DNA of 64,000 nucleotides from the human T2T-CHM13v2.0 reference genome, Homo sapiens: NCBI RefSeq assembly GCF_009914755.1, contig NC_060926.1; one strand, 5' to 3'. Shown piece by piece: positions 25,561 to 41,371 of this stretch (position 1 is its first letter; each line of letters starts with the position of its first letter). The notes under the pieces were generated by a model. It saw only the letters and a program-made list of their open reading frames with translations, ran no database searches and was not told where the DNA came from. The position numbers and the translations under genes were made by a program.

Positions 25561-28290
25561 TGATCGTAGGGCTCCGGGACTTATTGACGACTGGGGTGTG
25601 TGTGCCTGTAAGTCTCAGTTTCCTTGGGGAGGTACACTTCACTTCATAGTTGGGGAGAAACAGGCATTGGCGAGGAAGATGAGACTTGGAAAGAGGATGT
25701 GGCCCTCTGCTCCCTCTGTGCCCTCCAGTTGGTGGGTGCTGCGGGAGGTTTGCAAACTGGGAGAGCCTGGGCCACTGGTGCTGAAGGTTGGCCGAGGACC
25801 CGGCTTTCTTCCGCAGGCGCGTGGTGGGCTGGCTGTGTGTGATTGTGTGTGGGTGGGTCCCTCCGTCCTTGGAAAGGCACGTGGAGCCTTTGACTGAAGG
25901 CTTCTTGCACGTCCTGGCTTTGTCCTGCTTAGCCGAGCGAGGAGTTGCTTTATTTTTCCCTCCGAGAGGAAGCTGGCTTGTTTCTATTCTCTTGCATGGT
26001 GGTTAGCTCATCTTCTGACATACAACTAGAAAAAATGTGTTCTCCTCCAGGATGTCTCCTCTATGGTCCCAGAAACATCAGTCGAGCTTGTTTTGTCCAA
26101 TTCATTGCCCATCCATGCAGAATGAATGTTGCATTTTAAGAAGGGTTCTGCTTGTGGGTAATTGGAAGTCAGTGCTTTGAATCTTATTTAAAGTTATATT
26201 GTTTCTCTGTTTTGATTGTCAAGATACTGTGCAATAAAAGACGATTTCTAAGTATGAGATTGAGTTGTTAATTGATTCCATTATTAAACTATTAAGGATT
26301 TGGAAAGAGGTCTTGTCTCAATCTACTATAAACCAAATGCATCCAGTCTTGGCACTTGGACAAGCAGAGAGAAGCAAACCTTCATTTTGCTTTTTGTGTT
26401 TGTTTTTGGGTTGTTTTTTTTTTTTTTTTTTTTTTTTTTTTCTCTCTTCTTGGAAGGAAGGTATTAATTTAGGATGTGGATTTTTGTGTTTTCAGGTTTG
26501 TTACATGTTTCCAGCAAGTACAAGCGTTCCTCTGGAGGTATATGTTTTCAGGGTTCTTTGGTCTACACAAAAAGTGAGAGAGCTATCTAAGCCTCAAAAG
26601 TGGTGTAGAGCAATTGCTTTCTATTGAAAACCAGCTAACTTCATGAATGTCCTAGAGGTCAGAGGTTGCACATGGATCACTTTGGCATATCACCTTACAT
26701 ATTTTTTTCAAGGACACGGAGTTTTAGGGAAAAATAAGAGAGAGCCTGTTGTTTTTGTGCTCATGGCTGTGATGTAGTCTGCCTGAAACCATGGTTACGG
26801 TTTCACAGGGAAGCTCCAACAAGCCACATGCGTAGAACTCTAGATTTGTGGTTTGCACTTTGGAAAGCAGGCAAACCTTTATGGAATCCCAGAGAACTCC
26901 ATGCCATTCTATTCTACTTCACAGATGTCCCTCATCTCTGCTTCCTTCAGCCCCCACAACAGAGCTCCCACTCATTCCCCATTTCTTTTCCATGCATGGC
27001 CTTTGGGCCCTTTCCTCATGAATGCAGTGCATATGAGAGGGGGAGTGGAAGGGATAACTAATTTCAGAGGTAGACCTTGACTCTGAAAACCTGTGATTTT
27101 GGAGTTGTTGTTTTTGGACAGGAAGGGGGTGGAAAAAACTTGACGCTGGTAGCTAGGAGATGGGAGCCTTTTGCAGTGTATGCAGATGAGGGGCTTGGAC
27201 AGTAGGGCAGAGAGCAGGGATGAGGAGCAGCAGGTCTGCATTTATCCATAGAACAGATGTTGGTTGGAGGGAGAGTGTCTTTGTATCTCTGGTGATGCTT
27301 CACTGGGGCACACCCCAAACTCTGGGAGCTTCAGGACACTGTCCCCACCTTCATCCCTCCTAGTGAAGCATGCAGTGGGAACTTGTTTGGTTATCATCCT
27401 CTAAGGTTCTCAAATTCATGTTGGATTTGGCCCTAGGCCAGATCATCTAGTGCACAGGCAAGTTTTACAGATGAGGACATTGAGTTCCAGAGAAGCTAGT
27501 TGGGGACCGAGGGTCACATGACAAGCAAAGGTGGGTTGGAAGTAGGGCCCTCACCGCCTGTTGCCCATGGCTTGTCTGATGGGGAGCCGAGCCTGCCCAT
27601 CTGGCCTCCCAGCCTATTCTCCCTGCAGATCCATGTGCTGTGTCCCTGACATTTTTATTGTACTTGATAACTTCATCTCTTTTGCCTTATAGCAACTGTG
27701 AATTAGGTATGGCAGGTATTGGACAAACTAAAAAACTTGAGATAGAGAAGCCCAAAGTCTGAAGGATGAGTCAAGCAGTGGAGCAGGTTCAGAATGCCCA
27801 TCTGTTTTCACCAGAGGATGCTGTAGCCACTCTGGTTCCTCCAGGCTGAAGGTGGGGACTCATTGGCAGGGGTGACTGGCCCCTGGAAATGGAGACAAGT
27901 TGCAGCTGGGCTAAGTTCACCTTTCCCAGTCTTAACATTCAGGGTAAACCCATGGTTTCATAGCTTTGGGTAGAATTCCCTGGGCTCAGGTCTCTTCACT
28001 CCTTACCTGGCAGGAATGAAGAAACACACCCTTCTCAGGTGTGGCTGAGAGATCTGGCCTGAAGTAAGGGGATGTGGATAGCATAAAGCAGCCGTTTCTC
28101 TCATTTTTGCGGAACACCGAATTCTGCCGCACTTTGAATTCACTTGTATTCCTGGAGTTCCTGTTTTGTGCTCATGTCTAACCAGGGAAGCTTCTCACTG
28201 TGGGCCATCCAGAGGAAAATGAGGCCCTGGGTTACTCTCAAGGGGCTTCCATTTCACCAAGGAATTGACACCAAGTACCCACATATACAT

Positions 28291-28512
28291 CAAGCTTGTC
28301 TAACCCATGGCCTGTTAGCCACATGTGGCCCGGGATGGCTTTGAATGCAGCCCAACACAAATTTGTACACTTTCCTAAAACGTTATAAGTTTTTTTGCAT
28401 TTTTTTTTTTTTTAGCTTATCAGCTATCATTGGTGTTAGTGTATTTTATGTGTGGCCCAAGACAATTCTTCTTCCGATGTGGCCCAGGGAAGCCTAAAAG
28501 TTGGACACCCTG
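28291..28512 (-). mobile_element. MER30 (hAT-Charlie)
   Basis: ...gtgttagtgtattttatgtgtggcccaagacaattcttcttccgatgtggcccagggaagcc...ttggacaccctg. Confidence 0.88.
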
Positions 28513-28589
28513 ATGTAGACACTTAACTAGCAATTAGGTTCCACACAGGTGGTACCATTAGTGTGTTAAGAGTTTAAAAAGGGAGTGTG

Positions 28590-28916
28590 GGCTAGGCACT
28601 GTGGCTCATGCCTGCAATCCCAACTACTTGGGAGGCTGAGCTGGGAGGACCGTTTGAGTCCAGAAGTTCAAGATCAGCCTAGGCAACGTAGTAAGACTCC
28701 ATAACTACAAGAAACTTAAAAATTAGCCAAATCTGGACCTGCGGTGTGGTGTGTGCCTGTAGTCCCAGCTACTCAGGAGGCCAAAGTGGGAGGATTACTT
28801 GAGTCCAGGAGTTCAAGGCTGCAGTGTGCTATGATCTGACCATCAGGCCACGGCATTCCAGCCTGGGTGACAGAGTGATACCCTGTCTCTTGAAAAAAAA
28901 AAAAAAAAAAAAAAAA
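28590..28916 (+). mobile_element. Alu (AluJ-like)
   Basis: Dimer with a long A tail. Confidence 0.93.
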
Positions 28917-29604
28917 GGTAGGGAGAACTGGAAGAATCCAGGAGGGTTTTTGGAAGGAGGCATGAGCTGAGTGTGAAACAGTAGGTTATATTTAAAGAGT
29001 TATCTACAAGAAGGAGCAGTGTTCCTGGCATGGCCACCGCAGGAATAAAGGCAGACAATCCTGTAGTCAGGGTTGGAGAATGGATGAGCAGGACAGAAAC
29101 TGAGTGTACCTGTCAGAAAGGAGTGGGCAGGACAAGGTTTCCCAAATTTAAGACTTTTTTCTGAGTACTGCCTGTGCTTTCATTTACTTAATATTTAAAA
29201 AATTGATTCTTTTATTTTCCACGTAGTCTTTTCTTAAGCCCCACTATTCATGAAATCACAGGTTTGGAGCATGTAGTTATAACTTTTCTTTGTTCACATT
29301 AAAATAAACAGGGCTCTACAATACAGAAACAAAGTTCATTCCAAGTGCCTCTGAACATCATTAGTGATGTGGGGCCCACACTTCGGAAACATTGGAGTAG
29401 GAAAAAGTTTAGAAAACTGAGGTGAATTCTAGAATGCGTAAAAGCCAAGCTGAGATAATTATTCTCCAGATAATGAGAGATGTTTCAGTTGTGATGACAA
29501 AGCAGGTTGCTTTAGAGAAAGCTCATTACAAAGAGAAGGAAAGATTTTGCTGATGCTTTGAAGTAAAATCTATTATAACACTATTGCTATAGCTGGGTTT
29601 TCCA

Positions 29605-29845
29605 AGAACCAGTTAATAACGCTACTCAGACTTTCATGTACATAAGAATCAGTAAGGGAGGGCATATAAAAGATAGATCTATATAGATTTATATAGATCC
29701 ATATAGATAAAAATATAGATCCTCTGGCCCAACCTTGAGAGCTTTTGATGCTACAATTTGGAATAAGCTGGGAATCTACATTTTTAACCAGCTGTCCCAG
29801 AGATTCTGACCAGACCAGGCTTGCTTTGAGAAACATTGGGCTAGA
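29605..29845. mobile_element. MER5-like DNA transposon with an ATATAG-rich insert
   Basis: ...ctgggaatctacatttttaaccagctgtcccagagattctga...tttgagaaacattg. Confidence 0.65.
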
Positions 29846-30314
29846 ATAGAAATTGCAGGCCAGAGAGGGCTCCAGATAATTAATGGATCAAGCATTTTTA
29901 CATAGATATGTCCTGAAATGTGACTGTATAACTTTATAATTTTTAAAGAAAGATTTAGAATAATAATTGTGTGAACTAGAAGTATTGGGATTCATGTTAG
30001 AAGCAGAGGCTGAATGAATGCTGGATGGATTGGCATTGCATTTAGCACAGGGGTGGGAGGCAGGCGGAGCAAGGATTAGGGCTTGAAGGGCTGCATGCAG
30101 GTGACAGCTAGCTGGCTCATTCACATTTTGGATTTTTCTCTATCATTGCTTCAGTAGTCTACACACTGAGCTCAGTTTCCTCTTTGTTCTACTGCCCTGC
30201 CTCTGAAGACATCTTTGGCGAATGTCACTCCCTTGCTGTATTCTGTAGAAGAGGCAGGCACTCAGAATCCAGAGGTACAGAAAGCCATCATTTGAGAGGT
30301 GATTCCCCGGAGCA

Positions 30315-30570
30315 GCGAAGTCTGGAGTCACACTGCTTGGACTTGAATCCCACTTCTACCATCTACCACTTTCATGACCTTTAGCGAGTGACTTAACCTT
30401 CCGTATTTCCATTCCTTCCCCTGTACAAAGTGGGTGATAATAAATATACCTCCCTATAATGAAATGGGTTGACTGTGGGGATTAAAATGAGTTAATACAT
30501 GTACAATGCATACACCAATGCTTGGTCCCTAGTAACTGCTCAATGCATATCTACTATAATTATTATTATT
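30315..30570 (+). mobile_element. MIR
   Basis: tctggagtcacactgcttggacttgaatcccacttctacc...tgaccttta...gattaaaatgagttaatacatgta. Confidence 0.85.
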
Positions 30571-31569
30571 ATAGCCCCCAAAATGAGCATGGGGCTGGCC
30601 TAGAGAGAGTTTTTGACTGAATTGATTATTATATAGGCCACGAGAAAGCTAGGTTTTCATATTCTCCAAAGTAGCTCTCTTCAGTCTGGCCATCTCATTT
30701 GGCAAAGAATGGGACACTAGAAGTGTCATTTCTGGTTTGTATTTCCCAAGTAGCCCATCGGCAAAGCTTTTCAAAATGATGGCACCCCTGCTGACTCTGG
30801 GAGATAGGCCTATACCCTGTTTGGACTCTGGGAGATAGGCCTGTACATCATTCGGAGAGGTTAGGCTCTGAGGCCGTTCTCCCTTGGCCCACCAGAATCA
30901 CTTGGGGGAGATTCATGCAACACAGATGCCAGGGCACAGCCTCTAGCAGTGCTGATTCTGATGCCCCGAATGGAGCCTGAGTTAAGCAGGACCCCTGCTG
31001 CATCTCCTACAATGGCAGCCTGACCGCACTTTGATATATGTTACTCTAGAGCACATCTCTATCTTCAGGACATTTGTAGGAAAAAATTTTTTAAAAGGAT
31101 TTCTGAAACCTCCATTGTCATTTAAACACAGTGGGGTGGGAAGGGACTACTAAGGGGGTAAGGAGGTAGGGAAGGGCTGGCAATTGTCCATACCTCCTTC
31201 GTGTGCGCCTATACCCTGAATTATTTCCCCAGCAGCCAAGGGTCCCTGGATCTCCCTTTCCCCTACTCCCATAATACCATGTAATCCAATATTGCTCTCA
31301 TTGGTCCATAGCTGGTTGTTTAACAACTACCCAAAGGATTCATTCTTGGCCCAGTGCTATCACAGACAACCTCTTGGCATTGGGTCCCTAGAGTTAAGGA
31401 CCTGAGTTAGCCTTCAACTTCATGGACAGTCAAGGGTTGTTTGTCCTGTTTCTTCTTCTTAGTGTCTTTGACCAGCAGCAGATTTAGTGAATATTTGAGA
31501 CCCTGAATTCCCTGGCTCCTCAATGGACCGCTCTCCCTGGATTCAGTGAGTTCTAACTGGAAGGCATCT

Positions 31570-31745
31570 CCACCACTCACTAGTTGTGTGACTTTGAGCA
31601 TGTGACTTAGGCTTTTTAAGCCCGTTTCTTCATCTGTAAAATGGAAATGTCGTAGGTCTTGACTTTCAGAGTTGCTATGAGAATTAAATAAGGAACTATA
31701 AAGCTTGTAGCAAGTGGTCTGGCTATAATACATTTCAGCAATTTT
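31570..31745 (+). mobile_element. MIR
   Basis: ccactcactagttgtgtgactttgagcatgtgactt...tttcttcatctgtaaaatgg. Confidence 0.8.
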
Positions 31746-32069
31746 ATTAATATTTGAAGAGTCATTTGTGTGTTCATAGTTTTAGAATCTTAAATCAGAA
31801 CATATGGTCCAGTGAAATATATTTTTCTCCTTGATTTGTGAATGTATTTATATGAAAAGTCTTACATACTCTAAAAATAAATTTGACTTAGTTATACTTA
31901 ACAAATTGCCCTTTTGAAGATAATAGAATTACTTGAAATGAGATTGTTCTGGAAAGTCTAGAAGCTGCGGTCATTGTAGACAAAGGTTAATTATTTATTG
32001 AAGAGGTATGGGTAATTGGAAATGAGGATATTTGGGAGCTGGTGTTTTGGTTTTACTGTGCCAATGTCA

Positions 32070-33125
32070 TCTAGTTTCATGGATTTAAATACACTTTCAG
32101 TGCTGTTGACACTAAATTCCTAATTCCAGCTCATGCCTGACCCTGAACTCTAGACTTTATATATGGCATTGCCTTCAGGTCTTCAGCTTTCATTGTGTAA
32201 AGGGCATCTTAAACTCCATATGCCTAATATTGTATACCTATTTTCCCCTCTCCTCAATCTAAGCCCTTCTTCCTCAGCTTAAGAAATGGCAACTCCATCC
32301 TTCCAATTACCCAGCCAAAAACCTTGAGGGGCCATCCTTGACGCCTGTAATTCTCAGGTGCCCCATATCTTATCCATCAGCAACATCTGCTCTTTCTGCC
32401 TTCAAAATATATCTCAGATCACATCCTTTCCATACCTTTGCTGACCTCACTTGGGTCCAAGTCACTATTATCTCACACCTGGATTATTTCAACAGCCTCT
32501 GAATTGCTTCCACCTGTCCTGGCTTCTCAGCTCCTGTCTCTGCTCACAGATCTCTCAGGTGAGATTATCCCTTACCATAATTTACAAGACCAACAAAGTC
32601 AGGCCTTCTGCTGTGACCTCTCTGACCCTATCACTTGCCACTCTTCTCCCTGTTCATTCCTCTCTAGCTATCCTGACCCACTTGACACCCCTTAAATGCA
32701 CTTACCATGCTCCTGCCTCAGACTTTACCCTTGCCATCCCATTTTTTTAGAATGCCCTTTTCCCAGATATCCACATGGCTCAAGTCTTCGCTCAGATGTT
32801 ATGTTCTCAGTAAGGCCTTTTCTGGCAATCCTATCTAAAAGTTCACCCTCTTATTTTATGCTTCATATGCGCCTTTCCTGCCTTTTTTTTTTTTTACTCT
32901 TTACTCTTACCTCTATCTGATACGCTATTTAGTTTTCTTATTTATCTTTGTTGTTTATTTCTAATACCAGAACACCAGACGCTCTATAAATGTAGAGCTT
33001 TTTGTTCACCGCTTTATCTCAGCACCCAAAACAGTGCCTGGCACTTTGTTGAATGAATGAATAAATTGTTGAATGAATGAATAAATTTCTTGGCACATTG
33101 TTGAATGAATGAATGAATGAATGAA
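32070..33125 (+). mobile_element. L2 3' portion with (TGAA)n tail
   Basis: L2-type body, then ...acagtgcctggcac...tgttgaatgaatgaa repeated terminal motif. Confidence 0.85.
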
Positions 33126-34185
33126 CACAAAACAAGTGTGTATTTCTATAGTACCTACTATGGTCTAGCACTGTTGGTAGATATGGGGTTTGGTAACACA
33201 AAAGTTGTGTATGTGTAGTTCCTGCCTCTGAGGAGCATGGCATCTCGATAGAAACCAGTTGAATGAATTTCTTAAACAATCCTTCTGTACAGTTGAAAGA
33301 AGTGAGGAGGAGGAGGAAGGAGAAAAGGATATTTTATTTTATAAAAATCTATGAGATCCCTGAAGATGTTCTTATGAGAGAATGCTATATTATTTCCACA
33401 TAGCAATTTGCATCAAGCTGAAGAATCTCCGTCAAGTCTGAATTTCCCAAAAGTAGGGATTTTCTACCCTCTGAGTGCCCAGGGCCCATTCCAGGTGCCA
33501 TGGTGAGGGAAGAAGAAAAAGGCCCACTTGTCCTCCATTTGCAGAGTTTAAATGAAGTTCAAATTCTCATCAGGGCTTTAGATACAAAACCCTTTGTAGT
33601 TGGCAGCAACAAGAAACGAAATTTCAAATTCCGGCGCCTGAACTCATAGAGCTATTGAAGCATGTTCAGACAAAGCTTCCAGGGGTTTCACTTAGGCTAA
33701 AATAACTCCAGAGCAGGCCTGCAATATTTTACATAAATAAAAGCTACACTTGGCAAAACATTATATTTCTCTCCAAGTTCCTCTGGGTATATATGGGCTT
33801 GTTAGTAATTACAATCTATTATAATGCTAATCAGCAGGGTTGCACCTGTTTGAGATTTAGTTTTCTGTCAGAAACCATGTGAAGTGGCCAAAAGTCTGTA
33901 CTGTGCTGGGAGAACCAGGAGGACAGGAACATACAATTCATCGTAACTCACTGACATCTAAACAAAATTGAAACTCCAGAGGAAATATAACTGAAATCTG
34001 TAATACTGTGCTGGGGAAGAGGAGGAAAAACAGAAGCCTATCATGAAACCCAGATGCTGAAATGAGGATCTCCTCTCTCCTCATCCCTGACCTCTACCCC
34101 ACCTTGAAGTCTCAAAGAGGTAGTTTTATGTTAGTGAAAAGTCACCTGTATTTGCCAGCAAGGAGTAGACTCACTGAGCTCCTGA

Positions 34186-34884
<699 letters not shown>

Positions 34885-35910
34885 TAGAAGAGTTTTAAAA
34901 AATCATGATGAGTGAATCTAGAACTAATTATTGAGGAGAAAAATAGTCTTTGATTTTGCTTATGTCCTTTTTGAATAGATTTGTTTTTTCAGACTATGGC
35001 ATCTTTTGTTGCCAGTCTTCTTTCCCCAGGCAGATATAAGCATCTCGTGAACAGGAAGTGTCCCCCTCTACCCCCCTTTAGCTCTCTGGGATCTGTCTTG
35101 TAGAAGCTCAAATAGTCAGTATTCTTTAATCAGACTGACTGAGTCTGTGCTCTTAGAAGTTCATCATTTGGTACAGTGCTGAAAAAGAAAGAATTCACAA
35201 AAGATTCAAAGCAGTGGACAGAGTAGTATATTCATTCATTGTTCTGGCCGTCCTTTCATTCACTGAGCAAATATTTATTGAATATGCCAGGTGCTATGCC
35301 CACTATGTCAAGAACTGGTCGTTGCTCTCAGAGAGCATACACTCTACTAGGAGACACGACATTAATCAAAGAATAACATAAATATATGATCTGTAAAATT
35401 ACAACCGAGAAGCACAGCTTACTACAATCCTTTCAGAGCCTGGGGAAACCTAGATCTCACTTCTTCAGGACTGGATTGGCTAATTTTTTTTCTCTCTCTA
35501 TGAAATGTATTGAATAGGGGAGTCAGGTGACTCCTATTAATTTCCCAGCTGTGAAATCAGGAGTTAGGATAGTCTAGATGCTCTGTAAAGGCACCTGTTA
35601 ACAATGATCCTGACTCAGCTCCTGGACCCTACATTCTGGGCCTTGGCTACGGTTAACCTTCGCACCTGATAATAGTTTGTCTTTATTATTCTCCATGAAG
35701 TTTAGCCTTGTCTCCCCTGCAAAAGGGCCAGCTCCTGCTTTTTTTTTTTTCCCTCTTTGCCTTTCTTCTTTGTTGTGATCGAAATCACAAAGCTATTTTT
35801 GATAGCTTGCTTCTTTACCTACCTTTGTTCAAGGCCCACAAAAAATAAATTTAATTCTTAAATGGAGCCCTCTCTCTGTATCATTAAGCCACTCAAAGAG
35901 TACTCTGAAA

Positions 35911-35911
<1 letters not shown>

Positions 35912-35945
<34 letters not shown>
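35912..35945. repeat. (CAAG)8 tetranucleotide microsatellite
   Basis: caag repeated 8 times. Confidence 0.95.
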
Positions 35946-35946
<1 letters not shown>

Positions 35947-36568
35947 AATTCCTAGAATGTAAGGTGTATGAACCTATCTCCCTGCCTTCTGCACTGATGA
36001 TTATCTCAACCAGTTTAGGTAGCTGAGAGAATCATCAATCAGCCATTAAAGATGGAGCATATAATTGACCAGCGTTTGCCAGATTGACTTTCAAGGAGTG
36101 GGAGCCTTATTTATTTTCAGGTCTCTGTGATCAAAGAGGTTGGGAAATGTTACAGAGTCAAATGCACATTAGTGTATTAAAGACTCAAGATGGTCTATCG
36201 CAAAGCGAGTTGTACACGTCTGTTTAACCAGATATGTCCCCAAAATATTTCATCATAGAATGCTTTTATTTGGGAAACATTAAGAACTCATGTTTTGTGG
36301 ACATATTTTGAAAAACATTATAATTAGAAAAAAGAAATGGATATTCTCAAGTGGGCCATTCGGAAAATCAAGATTAACACCCTTTTATAAAACAGTGAAT
36401 TTGAAGAACTGTGGGAATTCAAAGGAGAGGGGAATTAATGTGGGTTCTGCTAGTTGGCAGAGGCTTCTTGGTAATATTTTGAGCCAGGCCTTGAGGAAAA
36501 TGGGATCTAAATAGACAGGGAAAGGAGCCCCTCTAAACTGGAAGAAGAATATAGAAAATGTTGGACAG

Positions 36569-36881
<313 letters not shown>

Positions 36882-38687
36882 TTATGAGGGCAGTCAGGAG
36901 ACCAGTTAAGATTAAAGTAGGAATGCACTCCAGAAAAATTGCCCGATTAAAAAAACAAAAACCAAAACAAACTATCCAAAGAACGGGAACAGTAGCTAGA
37001 ATGGATGTTCATTCATTAATCTATCCATTCATCTAGCCAACCAGCCATTCAACAAACATATATTGAGTACTTTCTATGTTCTAGGAACTTTGCTTGGAGC
37101 AAAGTGTTGAACAAAATCACTAGTGATATATTGAAGTTTTAATTATCCAGGAAATCTATGCTGACAATCTCACATGCTGCATTTCCAATTAATTTTCTTT
37201 TGTTTGTTTATTGATAGGTCTGATAGGGATGGAGAATAACTTTGTAGCATCCTTCATGTCATTGGATAGTGGTTTGTCCAAGTTCACGGATCTAAAACTA
37301 GTAGAATGGGCTTTGGAGTTAGTCCTCGGTTTGAAATCTAGTTTTATCAGTTTTGGCTGCATATTGGACAAATAATTTAGCCTATATGTACCAGTCTCCT
37401 CATCCATAAAATGGGAATAATAGCTACCTTATAGCAAGTTTGCGATCAATGGTTAACTACTTATTATTGGTAATTATCTGTGATTAATGTTTATTATTAG
37501 ATGCAGGTAAAATTGTGCTTCTGTTTGGGGATTTTATTAGTAATAACCAACTGAAGGGTTGCCAGTAAAACCTTTCCAGTCCTTATGTCCCTCCCTCTTG
37601 GAAATGAATGAGCAACAGGAATTGGGTTTGCTATATTCCAAGTGTGCAGAACTACAATTTCACACTTGGTTCTTTTTAAACAGCTCCTAGGGTGGGAGGT
37701 GAGGGGAACATGGATTACCTTCCCTTGGACTGGCTTCTGTCTTAGTCACTGGGGACATCTGTCTCATTGCTCCCTTTTGTGTATTTGAAAAGCTGAGACA
37801 TTGTTGCATTTTGACCTGAACATCCTCTGCATTAGCTTGTGGGCCTAGTGTGGTAACTGAGGCTTAAGGCTTTTTTTCACATCCCATTTTCTGTGGTCCA
37901 GGTGTATATCCCATTTCTCTGGGCCAAAGCATCTGACTTCATTTTCCTACCATGTGAGTCTTATATATGCCCAACCTCTAATGCAGTGCACACTGATTGT
38001 TCAGTTGTCCTGGGCCAAATTTGGGCAGTGCACAAAGGTGCTGCCTTTAGAGAGCAAAGCTTTGCTTTCCACCACGATGTTGGAATTGCTAAAGAGTAAC
38101 AAGAGTTGAAGCATAGCCAGCCTTCTGAAAAGATTACTGTACTCTCAGTGAGGAAATATGCATTTACTTGTAATTGTTAAGAGCCTTGATCTTTAAGCTC
38201 GGATTTCATTTTACATAATTTACATTTAAGTAACAAAAATATATGTGGCAAGTAGAAGAGGATCACTTCTCAGAAATTGCTTTTTCTTCTTCTTTGCAAC
38301 CATAGAAATCCTTTTCTTCCTTTAAAACATTCAGAATTCACCCAAGAGCAGGAGGTCTTGTTCTTCTGCTTTGTAGCTTTGTGACTTTGAGAAAATTCAC
38401 TTAACCTCCTCAAACTTCTGTTTGCTAATTTAAAAAAAGGGTTAATAACAGTCATCTTTTGCAGTTTGTTGAGTTGCTGTGAGGATTAAATAAGATAGAT
38501 GTAGGTGAAATGTTTGGGCATTTAAGTAAGCATCAACTCTCTGCCCCAGTTGATGAGCAACTGTGAGCTTCTGCAGAGTCACCACGTCTTGAAGTAGAAA
38601 AAAAAGTTTCTCTTTGGTACCCATGCTCCTTTGTCTTCTTTGCTTCTTCATGACACCATCCTATTTCTCTTGCAGGTGCACTGAGCC

Positions 38688-38878
38688 CAGAGTTGCCAGA
38701 GGAAATACAGGATGCTCAGTTAAATTTGAATTGCAGGTAAACAATGAATACTTTTTTTTCTATAGATATGTCCTAGGTATTGCATGGGACATTCTTATAC
38801 TACAAAAGTATTTGTTGTTCATATGCAATTCAAATTTAGCTTGGCCTTCAATTTTTCTTTGCTAAAGCTGGCAACCTA
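38688..38878. mobile_element. MER53 palindromic MITE, full length
   Basis: Terminal inverted repeats agttgccag...ctggcaacct, internal symmetry aaatttgaattgcag / tgcaattcaaattt, and central tatgtcc...gggacat. Confidence 0.88.
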
Positions 38879-39896
38879 GGCTTCTGCTTCCCACTACCCC
38901 AATAATGAAACATGCCCAGGAATGGATCTGCTTGTCCTCTTGTCCCTGTGAGGGCAGAGGAGGGAAACGTAGCCTCTTGTTAAAATAATTCCAGCCTTGG
39001 TGTAAGTAGGTAACATATTTTTGATGAGGGACCCCTTTCTAGGGCTTCTAGAGTCATGGAGAAGGCCTCCTACCTTAACGTTTGAAGTTTATTCCCTGCC
39101 ATTAGCCTGCTACAGGACCGCTTCCTTCTCCTCCCCTGATGGTGAATATCAGGGCTCTGTTCATAGAAGGTGCACAATTCCTGGCCATGACTACCTAGCT
39201 GGTTTTAAAAAATATTTCCTTCGTTTTAGAAAAGAATATCCCATTTAAGCTCCAGGTGCCTGAGTACTAATTCATGGAGACAGCTATAGGAGGGGTTTTT
39301 ATATCTTTATTAGTCTGGTTCCCTGGAATCCAGGGGATTTGTGTATGAGTTGTGTGGGGATCATGGCACTAAATACCCTTCCGGTTGCTCAGAACCCACC
39401 ATTGTCTCCTGCCAGCCCCAGTTGCCTACATAGTGAAGTCTGCTCATCCCTCCAGACATCCAGGGCCCTGTGTGGTTTGCACCTCCCCGGCTTCCATTTT
39501 CTGCCAGGTGGATCTCTTATCCTCTGGGGTAGGAACCTTCTGCTTGAGGGCTTGTTTCTAACTTTCATACCCAAACTCTTTCTATCCCTTCTTTGTGCTC
39601 TGCTCTCCCATATCCCCATCCCTGGGATACTCTAACCAGCCATCCAAATCCCCTTCTCTTTGGGCGATCATTCCCAGAATTCTCCAGGCTACAGCTCTTT
39701 TGGCTCTTGGAATTGCGGTAACATTTACTGTTTGTGCCCTCCGTTTAAAATTACTGATGCCCAGTGTTGATGCTTTCTCTCTTTTCTTTAGCAGACACAG
39801 AAGAGGTCTGTTCCTGAGGGTAAAACTCCTGCCTTTTTGTGCTAATGCTTGGCATATTGCCCCACACATAACAGATGCTTGATTGGTTAAATTTAA

Positions 39897-40503
<607 letters not shown>

Positions 40504-41110
40504 TAAGTAAAATTTTAACATGAATTTATAATATTGATCTAAATAATAGACTTCCTTTGGGTATTTGCACTAGGGTATTCTCCTTTCTTCCATAACTGAA
40601 GAGAGTGTAGTATTGTAAAAAAAATTGCATGCACGCACACACCTGTATGAACTTTAAAAAAGGAAAAGGCCAACACATGAGGAGGATTTTTATCTTTTAC
40701 TTCAGCATTATTGTTAAAAATTAGTTATGTTTATTTTTTAGAGCAGTTTTAGGTTTATAAAAAAATAGGGCAGAAAGTACTGAGTTCCCATATACCCCCT
40801 CACCTCCACACCTAGTTTTCCTTGTTATTATATATGTTTTAACTTCAAAAAAAAAAAAGTGAAAAAGGATGCAGCACAACCACCAGATATGGAACCAAGT
40901 GGCACTGTGGTTAAGTGGAAGGGCTTTATATGACAGGGAGATGGATTCTAATCCTGGTCCCACCACTGAACCAGTCGTGTGACCTTTTGACAAGTTGTGT
41001 AACCTCTCTGAGGTTTCTTCATCTGTAAAACAAAGTCAGTACTATCTATCTAATTGTGTTTGAAATAAATAATATAATGCATAGAAAGTGCATAGAAAAG
41101 TTCTTGTCAC

Positions 41111-41371
41111 GGCTGGGCACGGTGGCTTATGTCTGGAATCCCAGCACTTTGAGAGGCCGAGGCGGTTGTATCACTTGAGGTCAGGAGTTCGAGACCAGCC
41201 TGGCCAACATGGAGAAACCCCGTCTGTACTAAAAATACAAAAATTAGCCGGGGATGGTGGTGAGCGCCTGTACTCTCAGCTACTCAGGAGGCTGAGGCAG
41301 GAGAATCGCTTGAACCTGGGAGGTGGAAGCTGCAGTGACTGAGATGGCGCCAATGCACTCCAGCCTGGGTG
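41111..41371 (+). mobile_element. AluS lacking its 3' end and tail, inserted in a MIR
   Basis: Ends at cagcctgggtg. TSD agaaaagttcttgtca / agaaaagtgcttgtca. Confidence 0.92.

Noticed and set aside
26404-26441. Long poly-T tract as a retrocopy tail or terminator
   Set aside because: No adjacent Alu, L1 or cDNA body and no TSD; a simple mononucleotide run.
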